The notes beneath the pieces were generated by a model. The model was not told the DNA's origin and made no database searches. It saw nothing but the letters and a program-made list of their open reading frames with translations. Positions 1 to 10,040 of a stretch of DNA of 64,000 nt are shown piece by piece (within the stretch, counting starts at the first letter, position 1; every line of letters begins with the position of its first letter). The translations under genes and the position numbers were made by a program. Source of the DNA: an uncultured delta proteobacterium (lineage in GTDB: Bacteria; Desulfobacterota; Syntrophia; Syntrophales; UBA2185); contig CAVSPA010000006.1 in NCBI GenBank assembly GCA_963729715.1, positions 416,001 to 480,000 of the forward strand, in the 5' to 3' direction.

Positions 1-2
1 GT

Positions 3-614
3 GGTTCGAAAGTATCCGGCAAACTTGAACCGTTGCTACACCTGATTAAGAAAGTGGACAAGATGATTATCGGTGGGGGCATGGCTTTCACTTTCCTCAA
101 AGCACAGGGATATGAGATCGGCAAATCCATTTTTGAAGAGGAACTCGTGCCAAAAGCAAAGGAGGTCATGGAGACAGCCAAGAAACTGGGTATAAAATTT
201 TATTTGCCGGTTGACTGTGTCATCGCTGAGGATGCGAGCGCCGAGGCGGAAACCAAGATTGTCCCGGTGCAGGAAATCAATGCGAAATGGAAGGGTCTTG
301 ACATCGGTCCTGCAACGATAACCCTCTTTACCGAGGTGCTCGGTAACGCCAAGACGATTGTGTGGAACGGTCCGATGGGGATGTTTGAAATCGATGCCTT
401 CGGCAGGGGCACTTCGGCTTTGGCACACAGCATCGCGAATTCCTATGCAGTCACCATTGTCGGCGGGGGAGACACCGATGTCGCCATTCATAAAGCCGGA
501 GAGAGCGATAGAATCACGTACATATCAACCGGCGGCGGGGCTTCTCTCGAGCTTCTCGCCGGTAAATCACTCCCGGCCATTGACGCCCTCGATGGAACGA
601 AAAGCGCGACCTGA
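3..614 (+). CDS. pgk: Phosphoglycerate kinase, C-terminal part (5' end lies outside the window)
   Basis: Frame is open from base 3 (GSKVSGKL). Motifs [27 protein letters not shown] and [12 protein letters not shown] are present. Confidence 0.97.
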   Translation, partial: GSKVSGKLEPLLHLIKKVDKMIIGGGMAFTFLKAQGYEIGKSIFEEELVPKAKEVMETAKKLGIKFYLPVDCVIAEDASAEAETKIVPVQEINAKWKGLDIGPATITLFTEVLGNAKTIVWNGPMGMFEIDAFGRGTSALAHSIANSYAVTIVGGGDTDVAIHKAGESDRITYISTGGGASLELLAGKSLPAIDALDGTKSAT

Positions 615-632
615 TCATGAATCGGAACGACG

Positions 633-659
633 AAGGGGGGGAATAAGCCCCCCTTTTTT
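633..659 (+). terminator. Intrinsic terminator after pgk
   Basis: G-run/C-run stem (aagggggg..cccccctt) followed by a T tract. Confidence 0.75.
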
Positions 660-717
660 GTTTTGAGGTGATTATTGCGCGAGTTGGACGGCAAACATTA
701 GGAAGTGCCCGGCAGAT

Positions 718-1458
718 ATGGTACGCAATATAAAGATGATCATGGAGTACGATGGGACAAGGTATCACGGATGGCAACGCCAGGCCAATGGGCTCACTGT
801 TCAGGAGGTTCTGGAAGAAGGCCTCAGTACGATTACCCAGGAAGACATCAGGGTTGTAGGCTCAGGCCGAACGGATGCGGGCGTTCATGCCTTGGGTCAG
901 GTGGCAAACTTCAGAACGAATTCTAATATAGGGCTAAGAGGTCTTCTTCAAGGAATAAACAGCCTTCTGCCATGGGATATTGCGGTCAAGGAACTGGCCG
1001 AGGCAGATGCATCTTTTCATGCACGGCATGACGCCAAGAGTAAAATATACCTGTATCAGATATATCTTGGAACTGTCCGTCCGGCTCTGTGCAGACACTA
1101 TGCCTGGTTCATCCACGATACACTTGATATAGGGAAGATGAAGGAAGCGGCTCAGCTTCTCTTAGGGACTTTTGATTTTTCTTCCTTCTGCGCTACAAAT
1201 TGCGGTATCAGGAATCATGTAAGAACTGTGATGGCTGTTGATATGATAATAGACAGCCTCGGTATGGCAAAATTCTTTATAGAGGCAGACGGTTTCCTGA
1301 AATATATGGTAAGAAACATAGTCGGTACACTCGTTGATGTCGGAAGAGGGAAGCTCTCCCAAGCTGAATTGCTGAACATCGTGGAAGCAAAAGATAGAAG
1401 GCGGGCGGGTCAGACAGCTCCTGCGCACGGACTCTTCTTGAAGCAAGTGAAATACTAA
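718..1458 (+). CDS. truA: tRNA pseudouridine(38-40) synthase
   Basis: YDGTRYHGWQRQ, catalytic GRTDAGVHA, FLKYMVRNIVG and TAPAHGL motifs. Confidence 0.97.
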   Translation: MVRNIKMIMEYDGTRYHGWQRQANGLTVQEVLEEGLSTITQEDIRVVGSGRTDAGVHALGQVANFRTNSNIGLRGLLQGINSLLPWDIAVKELAEADASFHARHDAKSKIYLYQIYLGTVRPALCRHYAWFIHDTLDIGKMKEAAQLLLGTFDFSSFCATNCGIRNHVRTVMAVDMIIDSLGMAKFFIEADGFLKYMVRNIVGTLVDVGRGKLSQAELLNIVEAKDRRRAGQTAPAHGLFLKQVKY

Positions 1459-1474
1459 TTAAGGGGTGTGGCTG

Positions 1475-2317
1475 ATGAAGATTCTCATATTGGGCCACAA
1501 GGGCATGCTCGGGAGCGATCTTCTTTTGAGGCTCTTGGCTTTTCATGACGTGGCGGGTCTGGATATAGAAGACATCGACATTGCCTCTTCCGAGGCCTGC
1601 GAAAAAGCCATTTCAGAAATTGAGCCCGATGTAATTGTCAACGCCGCTGCCTACACGGATGTTGACGGCTGCGAATCGAATAGCGAGAAATGTTTCTCCG
1701 TCAATGCGGAGGGAATGAAGAATATTGCATTATCATGCCGGGAGCGGGGCATAAGGATAGTTCATTTCAGCACGGATTACGTCTTTGACGGGAAGAAGCA
1801 AACACCCTATGTGGAAGACGATACATGCAATCCCATCAATGTCTACGGCCAGTCAAAGCTTGCAGGGGAACAGTATTTGAAGCAATTTTCCGACAACTTC
1901 CTCCTCATACGATCGGCGTGGCTTTACGGAAAGAGGGGGAAGAATTTTGTTAAGACAATTGTGGAAAAGGCAAAAACAGAGAAGTATCTGGAAGTGGTGG
2001 ACGACCAAGTAGGGTCTCCCACATTCACGTGGGATCTGGCGGGCGCCGTTCAACTGTTGATTGAGGGTCAGTATACCGGGACATTCCATGTAACCAACAG
2101 AGGTAATTGCAGTTGGTATGAATTCGCTGAGAAGATATTAAAGTTTGCCGGCATCACCGGGGTGACCGTAAATCCTATAAAATCAGATAAACTGGCAAGG
2201 CCGGCCCAGCGCCCGCATTACAGTGTCCTCAACTGTCGGAAATTTTCTCAGGCCACAGGAAAAACCATGAGATATTGGCAGGTTGCCGTTGATGATTATA
2301 TCGGCAAAGTAATATAG
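1475..2317 (+). CDS. rfbD: dTDP-4-dehydrorhamnose reductase
   Basis: GHKGMLG Rossmann motif, NAAAYTDVD, STDYVFDG, YGQSK and VDDQVGSPT. ATG at 1475 preferred over GTG at 1466. Confidence 0.95.
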   Translation: MKILILGHKGMLGSDLLLRLLAFHDVAGLDIEDIDIASSEACEKAISEIEPDVIVNAAAYTDVDGCESNSEKCFSVNAEGMKNIALSCRERGIRIVHFSTDYVFDGKKQTPYVEDDTCNPINVYGQSKLAGEQYLKQFSDNFLLIRSAWLYGKRGKNFVKTIVEKAKTEKYLEVVDDQVGSPTFTWDLAGAVQLLIEGQYTGTFHVTNRGNCSWYEFAEKILKFAGITGVTVNPIKSDKLARPAQRPHYSVLNCRKFSQATGKTMRYWQVAVDDYIGKVI

Positions 2318-2391
2318 TAAATTGTTAGTGCCCGGATTGCCTCATAGGCAAGCACTGCAGTGGTTTCTTCAATAAAATTCCTGAAATAATC

Positions 2392-2420
2392 TTGACACTC
2401 TATGGCTATTTCAGTATATT
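2392..2420 (+). promoter_or_regulatory. Sigma70-type promoter upstream of the exported-protein cluster
   Basis: TTGACA-N17-TATATT. Confidence 0.6.
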
Positions 2421-2559
2421 CTTTCCCGCTTCCTTCCACTAGTATAGATGCATTTTTTTTAGGGGCGCAAATCTTTGTAATCCTGAGATATTGCAGCAAG
2501 AGACACGCTATATCCATCTCCACTATATCTTAAAAAAATAATTAAACGGACGACTTACT

Positions 2560-2667
2560 ATGAAAAGATTGTTAAGTTTCATCTGCGTAGCCGGCATGAT
2601 TCTTATTTTTTCTTCCCTCGTGGTGCATGCCCAGGATAAGGTCCGGGCAGCCCTTGTTTCAACATGA
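2560..2667 (+). CDS. Possible 35-aa small protein or gene remnant, mostly a signal peptide
   Basis: MKRLLSFICVAGMILIFSSLVVHAQDKVRAALVST: basic N-terminus, hydrophobic core and a VHA|Q cleavage-like site. Not in the ORF track. Confidence 0.4.
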   Translation: MKRLLSFICVAGMILIFSSLVVHAQDKVRAALVST

Positions 2668-2727
2668 GAATGCATATCTCAAAATAAAGACATCTGTATT
2701 TTTTAAAGTTATGAGGAGGGATTTACC

Positions 2728-3051
2728 ATGACCTTGCGGCAGAAAAAAGGTTTACGCAGTTGTACCGTCAGGCAGAAATGGGTGATTCTTCTCACCACCA
2801 TCTTCGTCTCTGCATTATCTTTTGCAGCCGAAACAATGAAATACCAGGTTGTAGCCGGCAGTGATGACAAGGCATATCTTGTCGATACGACAACCGGATA
2901 TGTGTGGGTGCTGACCTATCGTACGCTCGCGACCGGGAGGGAACCTATTGCCATACCCTATAAATTTATTAAAGTGTCGCCCAAAGGTCAACCCGAATTC
3001 CTGATTGAGAGTATTCACGGAGCTTCCATGCCGACGGGCGAAAAGCCGTAG
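2728..3051 (+). CDS. Hypothetical exported protein (107 aa)
   Basis: Strong RBS (gaggaggg), signal peptide ending SFA|A, beta-rich mature part (AYLVDTTTGYVWVL). Confidence 0.75.
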   Translation: MTLRQKKGLRSCTVRQKWVILLTTIFVSALSFAAETMKYQVVAGSDDKAYLVDTTTGYVWVLTYRTLATGREPIAIPYKFIKVSPKGQPEFLIESIHGASMPTGEKP

Positions 3052-3135
3052 CTATAAACGGCAGGTTTCAGTGTCGGCTCCGGTTTTTGGGAAAAGAAGT
3101 TTAATATCTTGAAATGCCATTTGGGGAGGCATCAA

Positions 3136-5892
3136 ATGAAAAGAGTATTGCGACGGTCCATACTGATTATTCTAATTCTGCCTTTGATGGTTATGTTTCA
3201 GAGCTGCGTAGTTGCCACAAAGGAAACTGCCATCACGCCTCAGATCAGAGATCCCTTTAAGGGCACGTACAAAGTAGACCCTTACATGGAAAAGCACAAA
3301 CCCCAAACCGTTGCGGTTCTTCCCTTCGTCAATCTGGCAAAAAGCCAGAAAGGGTCTGAGGAGGTCCGCAAGGCATTTTACAATCACATGAGCTCCCTGC
3401 CGTATAAAGGCATGAAACCTTATGTCGTGGATAATAATTTGAGGAAGGCGGGACTCGACGATCCGGAGGCCATCAACAAGATGTCTCCCCAGGAGTTGGG
3501 CAAGATCCTCGGTGTGGATGCCGTCGTCTACGGCAATATCTCGGATTTTGACAAGTTGTTTGCAGTTATCTATTCCTCCGTCTCTGTGGGAGCGGAGATC
3601 AAGATGTATGATACCAAGACAGGCAACTTTCTCTGGAGCGGCCAGCACGTCGCCCGCATTCAGGAAGGCGGCATTTCTACTAATCCTGTCGGCATCATTG
3701 CGACGGTCATTGCCACGGCCATGAATTTGAGGGACATCCAATTGCTCCGAGCCTGTGATGATCTCTTTAGGGACATGGTGAAGACAATCCCCGTGCCGAC
3801 CAGAGCAGAAGCCCTCCGGCCGCCCGTCATCACTCTCCTCACGCAGGATACGAAAAATATGCCGAAGAAGGCGGGCGATGAAATCAAGGTGGTCATTCAG
3901 GGTGCGCCCAAGATGCAGGCCTATTTCGATATCGGTGATTTTAAAAGAAACATAGATATGCAGGAAGTTGAAGCGGGCGGATACCTGGGCGTCTACAAAG
4001 TCATTCCCGGGGATAACGTGACAAAGGCCGTGATTACGGGCTATCTCAGGGATGAAGCAGGCAATACCGCTCAGTGGGTTGATGCAGTAGGAACGGTAAC
4101 TCTCGACACCATACCGCCTGATAAAATCAAGAACGTCAGGGCCGTCGGAAGAAATAAGGTCGTTTTTCTCGGCTGGGAAAAGTCGCAAGCCACGGACCTC
4201 GCGGGATACCTGGTCTATCGCAGCAACACCCCTCTTTCCGGTTTCCAGCAGATTGCGAAGACGGAATTGAACGAATACCGCGATGAGAATCTCGTCAATG
4301 CGCAGAAATATTACTATCAGGTTACTGCTGTAGACTGGGCGGGTAACGAAAGCGACAAGTCTGATACCATGACCGGCATGCCTGTGGAGCCCGGGCCGAC
4401 GCCTGTTTCCGGCATCATTGAATCCGATACCACCTGGTATGCAGGCGCGAGTCCTTATATAATCAAGAATGCAGTGATCGTCAAAGACAAGGCCCTTCTC
4501 ACTATTGAGCCGGGCACAGAGATACGCTCACAGGGAGGCGCCCTTGTGATCGAAGGAAGGCTCATTGCGCAGGGGGATGAGGAGCACATTATTCTGTTCG
4601 ATGCGGCCGAAGGCGTGAAATCTTGGGACGGCATAGCCTTCAGCAACGTCAAGGAAAAGGAAAATCTGGTCAAGTTCTGCCGCATCAGGAATGCGGCAAC
4701 GGGGATCACATGCCAGGCGTCTTCACCGCAAATAGAAGCCTCTGAGCTTACGGATAACGACGTTGCCATAAAGGTCTCGGGCGCCTTTTCCAAACCGCAG
4801 GTCGTGAAGAATACAATCCATAAAAACATGGAAGCCGGGATCGTTATTACAGACGGAGCCCAGCCCAAGCTGATGGAGAACAATATCCAGGATAACATCA
4901 AAGAGGGCATCGTGATTCAGTCGTCTGCCCCCTTAATTACTCACAACAGGATTACGCGAAATGAGGGGCAGGGAATAATTGTAAAGAACTCCCATCCCGT
5001 AATTAATGAAAACGATATAAATGACAACAGGCAATTTGATATAGCGGGCGATATGACGGGAGAAGCCGTCAACGCCCTGAACAACTGGTGGGGCTCTGCC
5101 AAGGGTCTCGAGATACTGGCGAGGATCCACGGGAAGATCAACATAAAGTCCGTTCTTAATGCATCCTATCCTGAAGGGAAGCCGCAGGAGCTGCCCATAC
5201 TGAATCAGATCCTCGGCGGACCTATCAGGGCGGACGCCTTCCTCATCCTTTCCAACAGTCCTTACCGGGTGGCAAAGGATGTCGTAATCGATGGCGGGGC
5301 GACCCTGTATATCGAACCCGGTGTGACGGTCGAATACGACCAGAATACATCCATCATTACGGAAGACGGAGGTGTTGTGGCAAAGGGCACCAAGCGGTAC
5401 CCGATCGTATTTACGGCTTCCGGTAATTCTCCGTCTCCCGGTTTTTATAATAATGCCGTAAGACTGACGAAACCTACAAAGGTAAACAGCGCCTTTGCAT
5501 ACTGTATCGTCAAATTTGCAAACATCGCTTTTGACATTTATTATGGCGCGCCGGAAATCTCGTCTTGCAGAATTGCGCACAATGCGCAGGGTGGCATATA
5601 CACCCGTAATGACGCGTCCCCGAGGGTATTCTATAATACATTTGCCGGCAACCTCGGAGAAGGTGCCATCAAGTGCGTAGGGATGTCGAATCCCGTCATA
5701 CATAATAATAACTTCATCGACAACACAGTAGCCATCCAGACATTCTCCTCCATCTATATCGATGCGAGAAACAACTGGTGGGGCAGTAGCAGGCCCGATC
5801 AGAACGTAATCTGGGGAGATCTGGAGAAAAATATCAATATTAAGCCATGGTTACAAGCCCCGGAAAGCAAGGCATTTACGGAAAAGAAATAA
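3136..5892 (+). CDS. Large lipoprotein: DUF799/GNA1162(CsgG)-like N-domain, fibronectin III domain and two right-handed beta-helix modules
   Basis: RBS ggggagg before ATG 3136. Lipobox-like FQSC. VAVLPF..LGVDAVVYG..EIKMYDTKTG..LWSG. FN3 pattern W..GYLVYRS..YYYQVTAVD..GNES. Repeated SPY..LxIEPG and NNWWG modules. Confidence 0.75.
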   Translation: MKRVLRRSILIILILPLMVMFQSCVVATKETAITPQIRDPFKGTYKVDPYMEKHKPQTVAVLPFVNLAKSQKGSEEVRKAFYNHMSSLPYKGMKPYVVDNNLRKAGLDDPEAINKMSPQELGKILGVDAVVYGNISDFDKLFAVIYSSVSVGAEIKMYDTKTGNFLWSGQHVARIQEGGISTNPVGIIATVIATAMNLRDIQLLRACDDLFRDMVKTIPVPTRAEALRPPVITLLTQDTKNMPKKAGDEIKVVIQGAPKMQAYFDIGDFKRNIDMQEVEAGGYLGVYKVIPGDNVTKAVITGYLRDEAGNTAQWVDAVGTVTLDTIPPDKIKNVRAVGRNKVVFLGWEKSQATDLAGYLVYRSNTPLSGFQQIAKTELNEYRDENLVNAQKYYYQVTAVDWAGNESDKSDTMTGMPVEPGPTPVSGIIESDTTWYAGASPYIIKNAVIVKDKALLTIEPGTEIRSQGGALVIEGRLIAQGDEEHIILFDAAEGVKSWDGIAFSNVKEKENLVKFCRIRNAATGITCQASSPQIEASELTDNDVAIKVSGAFSKPQVVKNTIHKNMEAGIVITDGAQPKLMENNIQDNIKEGIVIQSSAPLITHNRITRNEGQGIIVKNSHPVINENDINDNRQFDIAGDMTGEAVNALNNWWGSAKGLEILARIHGKINIKSVLNASYPEGKPQELPILNQILGGPIRADAFLILSNSPYRVAKDVVIDGGATLYIEPGVTVEYDQNTSIITEDGGVVAKGTKRYPIVFTASGNSPSPGFYNNAVRLTKPTKVNSAFAYCIVKFANIAFDIYYGAPEISSCRIAHNAQGGIYTRNDASPRVFYNTFAGNLGEGAIKCVGMSNPVIHNNNFIDNTVAIQTFSSIYIDARNNWWGSSRPDQNVIWGDLEKNINIKPWLQAPESKAFTEKK

Positions 5893-6036
5893 TATGATTT
5901 CGTGATTGAAACCTTTGGCGCATTCTGTTATTTTACGCTGGCGTTTTTGAAGAGGAGATACGTACATCAATTCTGAAGAGGGTTGATTATGTACTTTTGT
6001 GGGTGAGTTTCCTAAACCAACAGTAAGGAGGATTTT

Positions 6037-6909
6037 ATGAGGGCGAAACTAATCGTAACAGTGGGTGTTATCGTAAGCATGTTGTTCCTCTATACAGGGA
6101 TCGGTTTTAGTCAGGAAAAAGTCAGCGGGTCGGAATGGACTCAGATTGTCGAACAGATGGGCGATAAAGGAAAGATCAACTGGTCGGAAGGCTATATCGA
6201 GGCAGTGGGGATCGGCGCCCCTCCCGAACGGTACATAGGAAAACCTCAGGCTCGTCCCATGGCCATGAGGGCGGCCAAAGTCGACGCCTACCGTAATTTG
6301 CTCGAGGCGACAAAGGGCGTGCGCGTTGATTCGACGACAGTCGTCAAGGATTTTACGGTGGAGAGCGACACCATCAATGCAGCGGTAGAAGGCCTTGTAA
6401 GAGGGGCTAAGGTGGTAAATCAGGACTACCTCTCCGACGGAACTGTGGAAGTGACTTTGAGAATGCCTATGGCGGGCGGTTTTGCGCAGGTCATTGTGCC
6501 CAAGGCACTTGAGAAAAAACCCGAGGCCGCTCCTCCCGCACCCCCGGCAGGACCGGCGCCGTCAGGCGATGTCTTCACCGGCATGGTGGTTGACGCGAGA
6601 GGGCTCCAGGCCCGGCCGGCGATGGCACCTAAAGTCATCGATGAGAATGGCAAGGAAGTCTATGGCTCCATGAATGTTGATAAACAATTTGCCGTTCAGC
6701 AGGGCATGAGCGGTTATGCAAGGGATCTTACGGCAGCACAGAGTAATCCGCGGGTAACAAACAATCCTGTCAGCGTTAAGGGAATCAAGACCGAAGGGCC
6801 GGGCAAGTCCGATATCGTCATCAGTAATGCCGATGCCGACAAGATCAGAGGCGCTGCAGACAATATGACATTTTTGAAAAAGTGCAGGGTCATGATAGTT
6901 CTGGATTGA
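6037..6909 (+). CDS. Exported LPP20/FlgP-like protein
   Basis: RBS aaggagg and signal peptide. AVGIG..AMRAAKVDAYRNLLE..GVRVDS is LPP20-like, followed by a Pro-rich linker and an FTGMVVDARG domain. Confidence 0.7.
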   Translation: MRAKLIVTVGVIVSMLFLYTGIGFSQEKVSGSEWTQIVEQMGDKGKINWSEGYIEAVGIGAPPERYIGKPQARPMAMRAAKVDAYRNLLEATKGVRVDSTTVVKDFTVESDTINAAVEGLVRGAKVVNQDYLSDGTVEVTLRMPMAGGFAQVIVPKALEKKPEAAPPAPPAGPAPSGDVFTGMVVDARGLQARPAMAPKVIDENGKEVYGSMNVDKQFAVQQGMSGYARDLTAAQSNPRVTNNPVSVKGIKTEGPGKSDIVISNADADKIRGAADNMTFLKKCRVMIVLD

Positions 6910-6935
6910 TCACGGCGGTGTATCGAGTTATATTC

Positions 6936-6972
6936 GACCGCAGTTACTTCTTGAGGGTGACTGCGGTCTTTT
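6936..6972 (+). terminator. Intrinsic terminator
   Basis: gaccgcagttac/gtgactgcggtc stem followed by TTTT. Confidence 0.8.
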
Positions 6973-7067
6973 ATTATATGCTTTGAAAAAGTGTTTTTGT
7001 CGATGCCATCCGTATCAAACATAGTATGACGTTTAAGAGTCCAGTTTTTTGTAATAGGTGATTAATC

Positions 7068-8882
7068 TTGGCTGCAAAAATTATCGTTCTGCCGGAAAAT
7101 TTGTCGAGCAAGATTGCCGCGGGAGAGGTTGTCGAGAGGCCCGCATCCATTCTGAAGGAACTTCTCGAAAATGCCGTCGATGCCGGCGCTACGGACATAA
7201 CTGTGGAAATTGAAAAAGGCGGGCGGGGTGCGATCAAGGTCATCGACAATGGCGAGGGCATTGAGAGTGCGGAGGCGCCTCTTGCTTTTGAACGCTTTGC
7301 GACCAGCAAGATATATCAGTTCGACGATATTTATAAGGTCAGGTCGTACGGTTTTCGGGGAGAGGCCCTGCCTAGCATCGGCGCCATTTCCCGTGTTGAG
7401 ATGGTGACGCGCAAGGTGTCCTCTTTATCGGGCGTGAGGGTTGTGGTGGAAGCAGGAGAGCTTAAGAGCGTAACAGATACGGGATGTCCCGTAGGTACTT
7501 CCGTTTGGGTGAATCATATATTTGATCCCGTTCCCGTGCGGAAGAAGTTCCTGAAGACGGAGGCGACGGAACAGGGATACTGCATGGATGTGATCACGAG
7601 GACGGCCCTTTCCCATCCGGAGGTCAGGATCAGGGTTGTCGCTCGCGGGAAGGAGATCTTAAATGTACCGGCAACCGGAGAAATCTCCGAGAGGGTTTCT
7701 CTTGTCTTGGGGGCGGATTTCATGGAGCACATGTTGCCTGTTAAAGGCGCGAAAGGCGGCATGGGCGTTCTCGGATTTGCCTCTAAACCCGATTTTACAA
7801 GGTCAAACGCGAAGCAATTATACTATTTTGTGAACAAGAGATTTATCAGGGATTATCTTATGAACCATGCCGTGATGACGGCCTACAGGCGCTTGATTGA
7901 GGCGAAAAAATATCCCGCGGCAGTATTGTTCATCGATTTGCCCCCCGGGGATGTAGACGCCAATGTCCATCCTGCGAAGATGGAGGTTCGCTTCCGGAAT
8001 CCGCGGGAGATTTATGATATTATCGTTGAGACCTTGATCCATGCCCTTGCCGATATTGCGCCCGTCTCATTGGGAGAGAAAAGTAGGACGATGCCCGAAG
8101 GCTATGGCGAGAGGGTGCAAGAGGCGTTAAAGCGATACACGGTGACCGCAGGCAGCGGGAAGCTATTCTTCAACAAGACCCTCGCAGATTATCCGAAGCC
8201 TCGTCCCGCCATGCGACATATTCTGGAAAAAGAACAAGCACAGATATTCCCGGAGGGAATCCGCATTGAAGAGAAAATTCCGGCGAAGGAAATGAATTTT
8301 GCCGACCTGGAATATATCGGACAGTTTGCCGGTACATATCTTATTTTTTCCGTATCACCTGGTCTCATTCTCGTGGATCAGCATGCGGCCCATGAGAGGA
8401 TTCTTTTTGATAAACTCAAGATGGAAGCTGCCCGGCGCGGCGAGAAAATGATGAGCCAGCAGCTCCTCATTCCGGAGGTCGTGAGCCTGTCGCCGGGAGA
8501 GTTCGCCGTAATTATGGAATCCATGAAAGTCCTTGAGGCCATGGGCATAGAGGTGGACCCTTTCGGCGAAAATACGGTGATTATGAAATCCGTGCCTGCC
8601 GCGCTTTCCCATGTTGAACCGAAGGGTCTCTTTCTTGAGGTCATTGAAGAGCTATCAAATGCGGAACGCACCCTCGGCTGGGAAGAGCGGCAGGAAAAGC
8701 TTTTTGCCCTCCTTGCCTGTAAAGGGGCTGTCAAGGCGAATCAGAAATTATCGGAAGCCGAAGTGATGCAGCTTTGCAGGGATCTAGATGCGACACAGTT
8801 TTCGTCCACGTGTCCCCATGGAAGACCCGTTTATATCTCATTCGGTCTCAGGGATATAGAAAGGATGTTTAAACGAATATAG
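7068..8882 (+). CDS. mutL: DNA mismatch repair endonuclease MutL
   Basis: IAAGEVVERPAS, GFRGEAL, endonuclease motif DQHAAHERILFD and CPHGRP. Confidence 0.98.
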   Translation: MAAKIIVLPENLSSKIAAGEVVERPASILKELLENAVDAGATDITVEIEKGGRGAIKVIDNGEGIESAEAPLAFERFATSKIYQFDDIYKVRSYGFRGEALPSIGAISRVEMVTRKVSSLSGVRVVVEAGELKSVTDTGCPVGTSVWVNHIFDPVPVRKKFLKTEATEQGYCMDVITRTALSHPEVRIRVVARGKEILNVPATGEISERVSLVLGADFMEHMLPVKGAKGGMGVLGFASKPDFTRSNAKQLYYFVNKRFIRDYLMNHAVMTAYRRLIEAKKYPAAVLFIDLPPGDVDANVHPAKMEVRFRNPREIYDIIVETLIHALADIAPVSLGEKSRTMPEGYGERVQEALKRYTVTAGSGKLFFNKTLADYPKPRPAMRHILEKEQAQIFPEGIRIEEKIPAKEMNFADLEYIGQFAGTYLIFSVSPGLILVDQHAAHERILFDKLKMEAARRGEKMMSQQLLIPEVVSLSPGEFAVIMESMKVLEAMGIEVDPFGENTVIMKSVPAALSHVEPKGLFLEVIEELSNAERTLGWEERQEKLFALLACKGAVKANQKLSEAEVMQLCRDLDATQFSSTCPHGRPVYISFGLRDIERMFKRI

Positions 8883-8885
8883 TGC

Positions 8886-9818
8886 ATGTGCGCGAATGTT
8901 AAGAAACCCCGCCTGGTCGTTATCCTCGGACCCACAGCGGTCGGGAAGACCGCCGTAGCGATGGCGCTCGCGCGTGAATCAGGCGGTGAGATCGTCAGCG
9001 CCGATTCGATGCAGGTCTACAGGCTTTTGGATATAGGCACTGCGAAGCCGACTTTCGAGGAACAGTCTCTCGTGAGACATCACATTATTGATGTCGTCAA
9101 TCCCGATGAACAGTTCAACGCGGCCATGTTTACTAGGCTCGCCCGTGAGACTATCGGGAAACTCAACGACGCGGGAAAGCCCGTCTTCGTTGTAGGCGGG
9201 ACGGGTCTTTATATAAAGGCGCTCTTGGGCGGACTCTTTGAAGGGCCGGATGCTGACGAGGATCTGAGGAGGTTATACAAGCAGGAGCTCAAAGAATTTG
9301 GTCAGATATATCTGTACGAGAAGTTGAGAGAAAGAGATGAACTGGCCGCTGCCCAGATTGACAAGAATGATATTCCCCGGATCATCCGCGCCCTCGAGAT
9401 ACTGGAGCTGTGCGGTATTTCGATTGTCGAGAAACAAAATGCCCATCGCTTCGGCGACAACCTTTATGACGTGATCAAGATAGGACTAATGATGGAGCGT
9501 ACGGAGCTTTATAAAAGAATAGATCAAAGAACGGAGAAAATGCTGGAGGACGGAATCGTTGAGGAAGTGGAGAGGCTTTTCGCTTCGGGTTACCGTGAGA
9601 ACCTGAAGCCCCTGCAGACCCTCGGATATAAACACATTGTCAGACTGATAAAAGGGTCATCCGATCTCGCGGATGCTACAAGGATGATTAAGCGTGACAC
9701 GCGTCATTTTGCCAAGAGGCAGATAACCTGGTTTGGTGCAGATAGAGAAGTTGAATGGTGCGCTCCATCCGATCTTGACGCCATGAGACGAAGAATCGAC
9801 CAATTTCTGTCGCCATGA
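8886..9818 (+). CDS. miaA: tRNA dimethylallyltransferase
   Basis: GPTAVGKT, SADSMQVY, IGTAKP, VGGTGLY and FAKRQITW. Conserved mutL-miaA order. Confidence 0.97.
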   Translation: MCANVKKPRLVVILGPTAVGKTAVAMALARESGGEIVSADSMQVYRLLDIGTAKPTFEEQSLVRHHIIDVVNPDEQFNAAMFTRLARETIGKLNDAGKPVFVVGGTGLYIKALLGGLFEGPDADEDLRRLYKQELKEFGQIYLYEKLRERDELAAAQIDKNDIPRIIRALEILELCGISIVEKQNAHRFGDNLYDVIKIGLMMERTELYKRIDQRTEKMLEDGIVEEVERLFASGYRENLKPLQTLGYKHIVRLIKGSSDLADATRMIKRDTRHFAKRQITWFGADREVEWCAPSDLDAMRRRIDQFLSP

Positions 9819-10040
9819 ACGTACTTGCATACGGATATTGTAAGTTTTGGTTTCCCTTTGTATTTTGAGCGGATTCCGTTAAATATCTTGACTTCGATAT
9901 GGTATGAATATAGTTAATTCTGTGATTTATCGGACGTTGAGAAATCTGTCGTTTTTACTTGCGAAAATAGTTGGTGTTAAACCGGGAAGAGCTTGATCCC
10001 GAACAGTTACATTAAACATTTTTGATGAAAGGAGAACGTT

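Noticed and set aside
3172..5703. Long antisense ORFs (338 aa and 256 aa) and similar shadow ORFs, e.g. 50629-51438 and 62551-63390
   Set aside because: They lie opposite well-supported genes and have no recognisable motifs.
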